Origin: an uncultured Bacilli bacterium
GTDB lineage: Bacteria; Bacillota_I; Bacilli_A; RF39; UBA660
Length of the DNA: 64,000 nucleotides
Direction of reading: 5' to 3'
Assembly: GCA_963929435.1 (NCBI GenBank)
Contig: CAWVIV010000020.1
Location: 4,226-68,225 of the forward strand
Positions 26,406 to 35,873 of this stretch are shown in pieces (positions within the stretch are counted from its first letter, which is position 1; the number at the start of each line of letters is the position of its first letter). The position numbers and the translations under genes were made by a program. The notes under the pieces were generated by a model. It made no database searches. It worked only from the letters and a program-made list of their open reading frames with translations, and was not told the origin of the DNA.

Positions 26406-28313
26406 ATGTTATTTATTGATAAAAAAAATGAAAAAGGAAAAATTATTGTTGATGCACCAAATTATGAAATAGTAGATTATTATTCAAAGAAAACTAATAA
26501 TGACAACTCAGATAATAATGGTACAGGTAGTGATGACAGAGGTAAAAATGATGACCATTATAATTATGGCACTGTTAGTGATGATTATGATGAAGATGAC
26601 TATTATGATGAAGACGACGATTATGATGATGGTATCTCTTTTGTAGAACAAATTAAAAATTTCTTTGGCAAGTTTAAATATGAACGCAGATCAGATTATA
26701 TAAAGAGAGAAAAAAAGCATTCCTCTTCAATAAAAGGTGTTTATGAATATAATGATTACGATAAAAATGGTAATCTAATAAAGATGTACTGTATTGTACG
26801 TACTACGTTGTTTGGTAGAATTCAATATGAGTTTACTGATAATTCTAAAATTGCAGATATAGCTATAGGACAATATTATACAGATATGGGTTTAGATTCA
26901 AACACAATAGATACACATATTGGCTATAATCTTAAGGAAAGTAAAGATGTATATGATTGGATAAAAAAGAACAATGATACTTATGGTGAAAACTTAGATA
27001 TTAGTATGGAAGATTTTGCTACTGCTAAATTTGCATTTGAAAAGAAATATTATAAATCTACTTTAAAAACAGATAGCAAATTTGCTGAAGCAGAAGCTGA
27101 AGCTAGTGAAACTATGACTTCTGATAGTGATAGTGCAACTAAAATTGGTGATAGCAATAGCGAGGCTATGTCTTCTGATAACGATAGTGAAACTGAGTTT
27201 ATTGATGATGATAATGATGAATACGAAACAAAAATGTTTTATGAAGATGATTTTGAAGATGAATTTGAAGATGAATTTGAAGATGAATTTGAAGATGAAT
27301 TTGATGGCAAAAAAGTTAAAAGAATTGCTTTAAGAGCTGCTTTAGCATCTTTATGTGCATTTGTTGCTATAGGTGCAGTCTTTGCTGTTAAGAAATATCA
27401 TGGCCCTACTTCTAATAGCAGTAAATATGCAACAACATTAGATAATACTGATGATAAAGATAGAGAAAAAGATAATACAATTCCTGATGAAGATGATAAG
27501 ACTGAAGAGATAACTGAAGAACAAACAACTCCAACAGAAGAAGCAACTGTTGAAGATGAAGTTGTAGAAACTTCAGTTGTAACTGGTAGTGAATATGATG
27601 GTAATTATGTTAATACTAATACAACAGTTGCAGATAATAATTATAGTGATTATCAACAACCTGCTACTTCAGCTCCTATTACAACAGCACCAGGAAGTGT
27701 TAATGACTCTTATGTAGAATTTCAAGATCCTAATGCTACTATAAATGATTCTAAAGAAGATGCACAACCTTCTACAGATGAAGAAGATTATGATGGTCTT
27801 ATAGAAGAAGAAACACCATCTATTGATGTTGGTGAAGACAATAGTAGTGAAGATGAAGATTACAGTGAAGAAATAGAAGTACCTGTTGGTGACAATACTG
27901 ATGATGAGTTAGATAATAGCGAAGAGCCACAATTACCTGATTCAGAAGAAACACCTAGTGATGAAATTATTTTTGATGATGAATATCAAAATAATCAAGG
28001 AGCTATTGATGAAGATTATGGTTATGATGAAGAGCTAGGTACTAGTGAGAATCCACAGTTACCTGATCCTAATGAAACGGCTAGTGATGGTGATTATGTT
28101 AGTACTGATACTGACTTTGAACAACCTTCAATAGATGTTGAAGAACCAAATCAAGATATAGAAACAGTTCCTGTTGAACAAGTCGTAGATGCAGCTATAG
28201 AAGCCATGGAAAACGGGGAAGATGTAACTATTTCTGTAAATGAAGATAATATAGTAAGTGTAGAGCAAGTTCCTGTTGAACAAACATATGAAGCAAATGG
28301 TATGACAAGATAG
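26406..28313 (+). CDS. Hypothetical highly acidic membrane protein
   Basis: GGGAGG lies 8 nt upstream of ATG 26406. D/E/Y-rich blocks, a central TM (IALRAALASLCAFVAIGAVFAV), and an acidic repeat-containing C-terminal half with repeated (S)ENPQLPD / (S)EEPQLPD units. Confidence 0.6.
   Translation: MLFIDKKNEKGKIIVDAPNYEIVDYYSKKTNNDNSDNNGTGSDDRGKNDDHYNYGTVSDDYDEDDYYDEDDDYDDGISFVEQIKNFFGKFKYERRSDYIKREKKHSSSIKGVYEYNDYDKNGNLIKMYCIVRTTLFGRIQYEFTDNSKIADIAIGQYYTDMGLDSNTIDTHIGYNLKESKDVYDWIKKNNDTYGENLDISMEDFATAKFAFEKKYYKSTLKTDSKFAEAEAEASETMTSDSDSATKIGDSNSEAMSSDNDSETEFIDDDNDEYETKMFYEDDFEDEFEDEFEDEFEDEFDGKKVKRIALRAALASLCAFVAIGAVFAVKKYHGPTSNSSKYATTLDNTDDKDREKDNTIPDEDDKTEEITEEQTTPTEEATVEDEVVETSVVTGSEYDGNYVNTNTTVADNNYSDYQQPATSAPITTAPGSVNDSYVEFQDPNATINDSKEDAQPSTDEEDYDGLIEEETPSIDVGEDNSSEDEDYSEEIEVPVGDNTDDELDNSEEPQLPDSEETPSDEIIFDDEYQNNQGAIDEDYGYDEELGTSENPQLPDPNETASDGDYVSTDTDFEQPSIDVEEPNQDIETVPVEQVVDAAIEAMENGEDVTISVNEDNIVSVEQVPVEQTYEANGMTR
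27243..27302 (+). repeat. Tandem 12-bp coding repeat (GAAGATGAATTT x4 plus one degenerate unit)
   Basis: Encodes (EDDF)EDEFEDEFEDEFEDEF. Perfect units start at 27255, 27267, 27279 and 27291. Confidence 0.9.
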
Positions 28314-28378
28314 TTTTACTATTTGCTTTTTCTATGCTATAATTTAAATATAGATAGAATAATAAGGGTGATATTATT

Positions 28379-30289
28379 ATGGGTAGTAGTAAAAAAATTG
28401 AATTATTGAAACCAATAGATAACAACATTGATGATTTGAAAAAGTTTATTAATAATACTAATGATACTTTAATAAAAGAAGAGATTGCCTCTAAGGAGAC
28501 AATAATCAATCAATTATTAGGGCATTATAATCAACTTTTAGTTAGAATACAAGATATTATTAATAAAGATGAATTAAATAATTTTATTATAAAGCGGAAT
28601 CTTTATACAACAAAACAAAAAGATTTAGATAAAGAAATTGATCCCATAAAAAAAATCACTTTACTTAATCAGTTATATGAAGAGATGGAAAAAGATTATA
28701 ATTTACTTATAAGTAAAGCTAAGAACAATTTAATAGATAATAATATATTTATAGAGTATAATAGTTTAATTGCTAAAGCTAATGAAAATATTGTAAAGAT
28801 AAATAGTCTAAATGTTTCTGATGAAATAATTGATTCATTAAATAAAATTTATAATAATATAACTGATGTAACAGCTATTTCTAAATTGCAACAATTTATT
28901 AATGAAACCAATACTTTATTATTAAATATGGATGCTACTGACAATAAAGAAGGATCCTTTAGTGATAGAATTTTTAATCTATTTGCTAAAATAAATGATC
29001 AAGTAGTCGCTTCATCCTTTGTAAATAAAGGTAATTATATATATGCCTTATATACGCTTGAAGATAATAGTAAATATTATGCTATAGTAAAAAAGGAATC
29101 TGAGGTGAAAATTATAGATCAAAGTTTTACATTTTTACCTAATTTAGTGTTAACTAAAGATAATATAATTAATACTTGTGAAATCATTATAAGAAATGCT
29201 AGTATTTATTATGATTTAAATGAGTTTATGCGCTATATTGAGATGAGTTATAAAGCAAAAATGACTAAAGAAATAGATGAGTTAATAGTAAATTATAAAA
29301 AAAGATTAACTTATCTTGAAGAAAATATTAAAATGCAACTTGATTTTATAGATTCAATCGCTTTATTAGTAAATCATTTACCATGTGATAAGTATCCAAA
29401 TATTACATATAATGATGTTCCGAAAGAAGAATATTTTTTACAATATGAAAATGATACAAATAGTATTAGTAAAGAGATTAAACGAATCATTATATCTATC
29501 TTTTTAAATCCTAAAGAAAAAAGTATTATAGATACTAAAAGTATTTTAAAAACAATGTATGATTCAAAAATATTAAATGATTTGTTGAATACTAACTATC
29601 AAGTGGGTAATGAAATGCCATTAGTTGATACTACTGATACTGTTGCTAATAATATAGAAACTACTGGTAATATAATTACAAATTATGAAAAGATTAATGA
29701 ATACTTAAATAATAGAGTTAAAGAATTAGAACTTTTAGCTAGTAGTAATAAAATTAATGTAACTATAACTAGAGAAGATAATTCTATATATAAAGATATT
29801 AATACAGTCTTAGATATAAATACAGCGGTGGTAATTTGCGATAAAGTCTATAAGAAGGGACAAGGTATTTATGCTATCTTAGATTATTTGAAGACTGGTA
29901 ATACTTTGAAGTTTACATCTAAATATAAAGCTAGAGAATTAGTTAATAGTGTTAATAAAGATGAATATTTAAAACTACTATTAGAAAATATAATTAAAAG
30001 ATATATTTATGAAAAATATAACAACATTAATAGTAAGATTGTAGTCTTGTTAAGTCCATTATTAGAAAAAAATAATATAACTATTAAAGAAATTGTCTTT
30101 CAAATATTAAATAATGATAATCTTATAGAAGATGGTGTTACTAATTATAACTATGAATTCTTAGATCCTTTATCAAATAAAAGTAAAGAAGTAAATATTT
30201 TATTAGAAAATAATAATTTAATAAATATCAGTAATATTTTACAGAATATAAAGAAAAATAATATTATATTTAATGGCGAGGATAAATAA
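28379..30289 (+). CDS. Hypothetical protein (636 aa), helical / coiled-coil-rich
   Basis: Long uninterrupted ORF with an upstream GGGTG RBS. No TM and no recognisable catalytic motif. Confidence 0.55.
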   Translation: MGSSKKIELLKPIDNNIDDLKKFINNTNDTLIKEEIASKETIINQLLGHYNQLLVRIQDIINKDELNNFIIKRNLYTTKQKDLDKEIDPIKKITLLNQLYEEMEKDYNLLISKAKNNLIDNNIFIEYNSLIAKANENIVKINSLNVSDEIIDSLNKIYNNITDVTAISKLQQFINETNTLLLNMDATDNKEGSFSDRIFNLFAKINDQVVASSFVNKGNYIYALYTLEDNSKYYAIVKKESEVKIIDQSFTFLPNLVLTKDNIINTCEIIIRNASIYYDLNEFMRYIEMSYKAKMTKEIDELIVNYKKRLTYLEENIKMQLDFIDSIALLVNHLPCDKYPNITYNDVPKEEYFLQYENDTNSISKEIKRIIISIFLNPKEKSIIDTKSILKTMYDSKILNDLLNTNYQVGNEMPLVDTTDTVANNIETTGNIITNYEKINEYLNNRVKELELLASSNKINVTITREDNSIYKDINTVLDINTAVVICDKVYKKGQGIYAILDYLKTGNTLKFTSKYKARELVNSVNKDEYLKLLLENIIKRYIYEKYNNINSKIVVLLSPLLEKNNITIKEIVFQILNNDNLIEDGVTNYNYEFLDPLSNKSKEVNILLENNNLINISNILQNIKKNNIIFNGEDK

Positions 30290-31168
30290 AATGAATAGTA
30301 CAATTACATATACTAGAGTTTTCTTATTGTTATCTTCGCTTGCTAAAAATCTTTTGGGAACATTTAATTGTATATATCTTTATAAACAAGGATTTTCTGT
30401 TTTAGAAGTTGCTATATGGCAATTAATAGCATATCTTGGGTATATTATTTTTCAACCACCTGTATTTAGGTATAATTATAAATTAGTAATAAGACTCTAA
30501 TGCTTATCTCTACTTTTTTCTTTATTTGTACTTATGTAGACTTAATCTTTTTTGTAGATGGGGTAGGTAGTTTAATAGTTAATGTATTTTTCTTTGCTCT
30601 TTATTCTAATATATATTGGAATGTAAGACATAATTTGGAATTTATTACTCTAAACGATAAAAAGCTTGGGTGTAAAGTAGGAATAATATCACAAATATCT
30701 GAAATAACGGCAGGGATAATATCTGCTTTTATATTAGATAATTTTAGTATTGTTCCTTTAGTTATTGCATCAAGTATTTTGATGTTAATCTCATTAATTA
30801 GTGTTTTTCTTATGGATGAAAAAAGGAAGACAAAACCTAAGGATTCTCTTATTAAATATTTTAAAATAGTTCCTAAAACAACACTATTTCATTTAGCATT
30901 AAGAGAAGCATCAACAGTAATGACGGCATTCTTTCCACTTTATTTATATATTTATGTATCTAATACTTATTCCTTTGCAGGACTTGCTAATTTCTTTTTA
31001 GGTTTAGTAAGTATAATATTTACATATTTTCTATCTAAAAGAATAGATGATAAACGTGAAAGTTATTTATTGTTATGTACTGTTTTAATTTGTTTAATTT
31101 ATTTATCTAATAGTAAAGTTATACTGAAAAATCGAAAAGATGTATTGACAAACATATCTTCTACATAG
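30273..31168 (+). pseudogene. Polytopic membrane (MFS-like) transporter gene, split at 30500 and truncated by the TnpB element
   Basis: ORFs 30273-30500 and 30500-31168 (TAATG junction) are both multi-TM. The reading frame ..TVLICLIYL at about 31105 is continued by LFCFICSIGLLVLSGFIPFIIKKIIINFR* at 32499-32588, beyond the IS. Confidence 0.45.
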
Positions 31169-31201
31169 TACACTTAAGCTACTAAAGGAGGTGTTCGGAT
31201 T

Positions 31202-32350
31202 ATGAAAGTATATAAAGCTTATAAATTTAGGTTATATCCAACAGAAGAACAAAGAATATTAATTAATAAAACTTTAGGATGTAAAAGATTTGTATATAAT
31301 TATTATCTTAATTATTTAAAAGATAATAATGGTATAAATAGATTTGATTTACATAAAGATTTACCTAAATTAAAAGAAGAAAATGAGTTTTTAAAAGAAG
31401 TAGATTCAACTGTATTATGTTCTGCTATAGATGATTTATGTAAAGCTTTTAATGATTATTATGCTAAAAGAAAAGGTTATCCTAAATTTAAAAATAGATT
31501 TAGTAAACAATCTTATAGAACTAGTTGTATAAGAAGTGCTTATAAAGAAAAAGAATATAGTAATATAGAAGTAGATTTACTAACTAGAAATATAAAATTA
31601 CCTAAACTAGGTAAAGTTAAAATAAGAGGATTTAGAAAGAAAGATAAAATAGAAGGTAAAATATTAAATGCAACTATATCAAGAGAATCTACAGGTAAAT
31701 ACTATGTAAGTGTAATTGTAGTAGAAGATATCTTAATAGAGAAAGTAACACCTACTAGTATAGTGGGAATAGACTTAGGTATAAAAGATTTAGTAGTAAC
31801 AAGTGATGGTATTAAATATAGTAATGAGAAAGTCTTAATGAAGTATGAAAAGAGATTACAAAGATTACAAAGAAAGTTATCAAGACAAGTTAAAGGAAGT
31901 AAAAACTATTTAAAGACAAAAGAAAAGATAGCAAGAGTACATACTAAGATTAAAAATTATAGAAAACATTATTTAAACGATATTGCAAATGAAATAGTTA
32001 ATGAACATGATATTATAGTAACAGAGAGTTTGTTAGTAAAAGATATGTTTAAAGATAAGAGAAAAGCGTTTAATAAAAGTCTATCAGATGCATGTGTTAG
32101 TACATTACGTTCTCTAATAGAATGGAAATGTAAGATTAAAGGAAAGATTTATTATAAGATAAATACCTATTATCCAAGTAGTCAGATATGTAATCATTGT
32201 GGATATAAGAATAGTAAGTTAAAAGATTTAAGTATAAGAGAATATGAATGTCCAGAATGTGGAATACATAATGATAGAGATATAAATGCTAGTTTAAACA
32301 TATTATTAGAAGGGTTAAAGTTACACTATAATTTAGTTAGTTTAGTATAG
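31202..32350 (+). CDS. tnpB: RNA-guided endonuclease TnpB (IS605 OrfB family)
   Basis: MKVYKAYKFRLYPTEEQ N-terminus. RuvC motifs GIDLGIKD, IVTESLLVKDM and NDRDINASLNI. Zinc finger CNHCG...CPECG. All catalytic residues are present. Confidence 0.9.
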   Translation: MKVYKAYKFRLYPTEEQRILINKTLGCKRFVYNYYLNYLKDNNGINRFDLHKDLPKLKEENEFLKEVDSTVLCSAIDDLCKAFNDYYAKRKGYPKFKNRFSKQSYRTSCIRSAYKEKEYSNIEVDLLTRNIKLPKLGKVKIRGFRKKDKIEGKILNATISRESTGKYYVSVIVVEDILIEKVTPTSIVGIDLGIKDLVVTSDGIKYSNEKVLMKYEKRLQRLQRKLSRQVKGSKNYLKTKEKIARVHTKIKNYRKHYLNDIANEIVNEHDIIVTESLLVKDMFKDKRKAFNKSLSDACVSTLRSLIEWKCKIKGKIYYKINTYYPSSQICNHCGYKNSKLKDLSIREYECPECGIHNDRDINASLNILLEGLKLHYNLVSLV

Positions 32351-32501
32351 ATAATGTTTTAGATAAATAAAGATTAATAACAATTAAATAATATTCTAGT
32401 ACGGTGGCGACCATCGGAATTTAAGCCTATGGAGAATAAGGGTTACCTTATTTATAAAGTAGGAATCCTTGAAGGCAACGACAAGGTAAAAACAAAATTT
32501 A
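32300..32501 (+). ncRNA. Putative omega-RNA (reRNA) of TnpB
   Basis: Position is the 3' end of tnpB to the right end of the IS. Locally GC-rich, stem-forming sequence (GGTGGCGACCATCGG, AAGGGTTACCTT, CCTTGAAGG) lies in otherwise AT-rich DNA. Exact ends are unknown. Confidence 0.4.
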
Positions 32502-32805
32502 TTTTGTTTTATTTGTTCTATAGGATTATTAGTTTTATCAGGATTTATTCCTTTTATAATAAAAAAAATAATAATAAATTTTCGTTGATATTAAAGGGTT
32601 TGAAGGCATTTACGAAAACTCGTACTTGTAACTTTTGAAGTTTTATTATATATTTGTATTAGGAAAGAAATTTCCTAAGTCATCTGACTCTCTTTACCAT
32701 CTTATTTTGTTTTATAGTCGCCCAAAATAAACAAAAAAAGAAGAGTTTAGGTGACTTCTTTTATTTTGTCTTAAACTACACTATTAGTTTTTCTATATAT
32801 CTTTA

Positions 32806-33566
32806 TCACTTTTCAAACATAACTTTTTCTTCATCTTCTAAAGTATCTATTAATACATCGAAATAAGGCTTAGAACTATCACAACTAAGGTAACTGTATA
32901 AAAGATTAAAAATCTCTTTGTTATCTTTAAATAGACTAAATAAACTATTAACATCAGTAGTTCTATCTTTTATTACTTCTTCAAAATTAATTCCATAAAT
33001 AATTGAGAGATTTGTTAAAGCTTGTTTTAATTTTATCAGTATTATAATTTGGTCTTAGCATTTTTACCGTTTAAGGTTAATTCATAATGACTTTCTGTTT
33101 TCTTAGGACTTCTTTTAGTAGCAGAATCAAAGTCTATTAAGTGGCCTCCATCTTTATCAATAAGACTATTAGATAAAGCGATATCATTTAAAAAGAAACC
33201 TTTATTATGTAACTCTTTTAACTGTCTAGTACAATCAATTGAAGCTTTTAATCTTTCCTTATGTGTAAACATATCTCTATTAAACAATATAATCAAAAGT
33301 ATGAGAAATGAGGATAGTAAGGGCATGATAAAACCTTGTAATTTTATTATTAACTTTATATTCATCAATAGGATATCCACTACCTTGAAATTTTCTTCTC
33401 ACCAATTAATTCTCTTATAGTAAATTCTTTTTCTTTTGTTAAATTATTTATAACTTTAATAACTGTCCCATTAGGAAGAGTCTTATGAGTTGGCAAGATA
33501 CCCAAATGAACCTTCCATATTAGGGAGCTTCTTAATAAAACAAGATTCTCTAAAACTTATATTCAT
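32806..33566 (-). pseudogene. Protein-kinase-like phosphotransferase gene with at least five frame breaks
   Basis: Pieces: MNISFRESCFIKKLPNMEGSFGY / ILPTHKTLPNGTVIKVINNLTKEKEFTIRELIGEKK / FQGSGYPIDEYKV.. / ..LHNKGFFLNDIALSNSLIDKDGGHLIDFDS (kinase catalytic-loop and DFD-like motifs) / ..INFEEVIKDRTTDVNSLF..EDEEKVMFEK*. Confidence 0.5.
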
Positions 33567-33687
33567 ATTATAGCCCCTTTCTAAAAGTAATATATAAAAT
33601 ACCACAAAATTAAAGAAAAATCAAGGTTATGCTTTCCTTAAGGAGAATTTTACTGTATAATAAAAGCTTAGAAAGAAAGGGATTAAT

Positions 33688-35019
33688 ATGATTAGTAAAC
33701 CAAAAGGAACAGTTGATTTAATTGATAAGAAGGCAAGAACTTGGAAATATGTAGAAGAAGTAATTAGATTCTGTAATGGAAAAATATAACTATAATTATA
33801 TTAGAACTCCTATATTTGAATCTACTGAATTATTTCATAGAGGAATAGGAGATTCTACTGATATAGTTACTAAAGAAACATATGACTTTAAAGATAGAGG
33901 AGATAGGTCTATTTACCTTAAGACCAGAAGGAACGGCAGGAGTAGTTAGAAGTTATATAGAAAATAAAATGTATGGTACTCATAACTTACCGGTTAAAGT
34001 TTATTATAATGGAACAATGTATCGTTATGAAAGACCACAAAAGGGAAGATATAGAGAACTTAGTCAATATGGAGTTAGAGGTTCTAGGTAGTAGGTGACC
34101 CTATGATGGATGCTGAAGTTATCTCTCTTGCTTACAATATTAATAAAATGTTAGGACTAACAGATACTGTAGTACATATTAATAGCATAGGAGATAAAGA
34201 GTCTCGTGATAAATATAGAGAAGCCTTAAAAAAACTATTTTAAGCCTCATTTAGACGACTTATGTGATGATTGTAAGGAAAGGTTTGATAAGAACCCTTT
34301 AAGGATTATAGACTGTAAAGTAGATAGTAATAAAGACTACTTTAAAGATGCTCCTAATATATTAGATTATCTTAGTGTTGAAAGTAAGGAACACTTTGAT
34401 AAGGTGTGTGAATATCTTGACTTATTAGAAGTTAAATATGAAATAGACCCTAAGATAGTTAGAGGACTTGGACTATTATAATCATACTGTTTTTGAACTA
34501 ATGACGGAAAACAACAATCTTGCTCTAGGTGGTGGAGGCAGATATGATAACTTAAGTTAGTATGCTAGGTGGACCAGAAACACCATGTGTAGGTTATGCT
34601 GTTGGACTTGATAGATTAGTTGAAGAGATAATAGAAAGAGATATAGAAAACGTTAGAGATGATATAGATGCTTTCATTATGTATGTTAATGAAGATGAAA
34701 AGAAAAATGCTATCTACCCTTGCTAACGAACTTAGAATGTCAGGTTTTGTGGTAGAAACAGAGTATACAGGAAGAAGTTTAAAGAGTCAGTTTAAAAGAG
34801 CAGATTAACTTTAATAGTAAATATTTAATACTACTTAACAGTGATGACTTAAACGAAGGCTTAATTACTATTAAGAATAATAAGACTAAAGAAGAAGAAA
34901 AGATTATGATGGAATATATCATCTATTACTTTGATGAACATATAAGTGATGATAATTTGCCTATAGATATAGATGAAAAAATGTACTTGCCAATGACCAT
35001 GATCATGACGAACGAATAG
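33688..35019 (+). pseudogene. hisS: Histidine--tRNA ligase with about nine apparent +1 frameshifts
   Basis: Corrected reading: [131 protein letters not shown]. All class II HisRS motifs are intact once single bases are removed. Confidence 0.9.
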
Positions 35020-35144
35020 ACCCATTTATAGAATTAAAAGAGGGGCTTAATCCTTATGGAAAACCATATTTATTTATATTAAGACAAGAAGATGCTAAAG
35101 TACAGATTATTTCATCTTATGATAGAGAGTTTTATAAAGAATTT

Positions 35145-35735
35145 ATGAACTTAAAATATGATTACATTAATGATGTAATAGAATGTTCTAAAGAAACAAA
35201 AGAACTATTAGAGAAAGATGTATCTTATCTTTTAGATAATTACCGTTTTGATGAAGAAATGCTTAAAGAAGGTAAAGACTTATATAGATATGAAGAGTTT
35301 ATGAAAATAGAAAAAGATACTAAATTCATAAGAGAAAATACTTTATATGATTGGTCATTATTTAAAGATGAATATAGTTATCGTGAAAATTATATAGGCT
35401 GTATAAATTCTCTTACTGATGAATGTGATAAGTTATTTTTAAGTATTATAAGAATAGATAGTGATGGTATGAAGATATGTACTAATACTTGGTTAAAGCC
35501 TGAATATAAAGTTTACTTTGAAGTTAATTCTTATATTACATCTTTATATTTTAAAAAAATTAATAAAATAATTAATTATTTTATTATTAAACAAGGTAAA
35601 GAAGATTTGATTGGAGACGAAGACAGCATAACATTAAAAGCAAAGGATTTTAAACCAAAAATTATAAAAGTTAGTAGGCATTTACTATTACCATATGATG
35701 AAATGATAAGGTTGGTAGAAAAAAAGCAATACTAG
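35145..35735 (+). CDS. Hypothetical protein. The frame is open and coding-like for 56 codons upstream of the ATG.
   Basis: The track ORF starts at ATG 35145 with a weak RBS. The same frame reads NVLANDHDHDERIDPFIELKEGLNPYGKPYLFILRQEDAKVQIISSYDREFYKEF from 34977, so the true start is unresolved. Confidence 0.45.
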   Translation: MNLKYDYINDVIECSKETKELLEKDVSYLLDNYRFDEEMLKEGKDLYRYEEFMKIEKDTKFIRENTLYDWSLFKDEYSYRENYIGCINSLTDECDKLFLSIIRIDSDGMKICTNTWLKPEYKVYFEVNSYITSLYFKKINKIINYFIIKQGKEDLIGDEDSITLKAKDFKPKIIKVSRHLLLPYDEMIRLVEKKQY

Positions 35736-35873
35736 TGATTTTTATGAGTTATTAGATTATATAGAGGATAAGATAAATGGCTATTATCCCAAGGGAAGAG
35801 ATAAAGAAACATTTATTAGATTGCATATTTGTAAAAGAGTATGAAGAAAAGCATAAAGAAGGAGTGAAAACAT

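Larger units (their letters stand above)
31106..32501 (+). mobile_element. IS200/IS605-family element of the TnpB-only (IS1341-like) type
   Basis: tnpB plus about 150 nt of structured 3' sequence interrupts the transporter ORF. Boundaries are inferred from restoring the host reading frame. AATTTATTT occurs at both junctions (31096-31104, 32496-32504), so the ends are uncertain by about 9 nt. Confidence 0.6.

Noticed and set aside
27127-27333. 68-aa alternative-frame ORF over the (EDEF)n repeat.
   Set aside because: It is a frame-shifted reading of the 12-bp tandem repeat (LKMN periodic) inside a longer, better-supported ORF.
32429-32638. 69-aa ORF downstream of tnpB.
   Set aside because: It covers the putative omega-RNA and the displaced 3' end of the transporter gene, which is read in another frame. 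It has no RBS.
33882-34091. 69-aa ORF listed as an independent gene.
   Set aside because: It is one frame-fragment of hisS and contains the [13 protein letters not shown] and [13 protein letters not shown] motifs.
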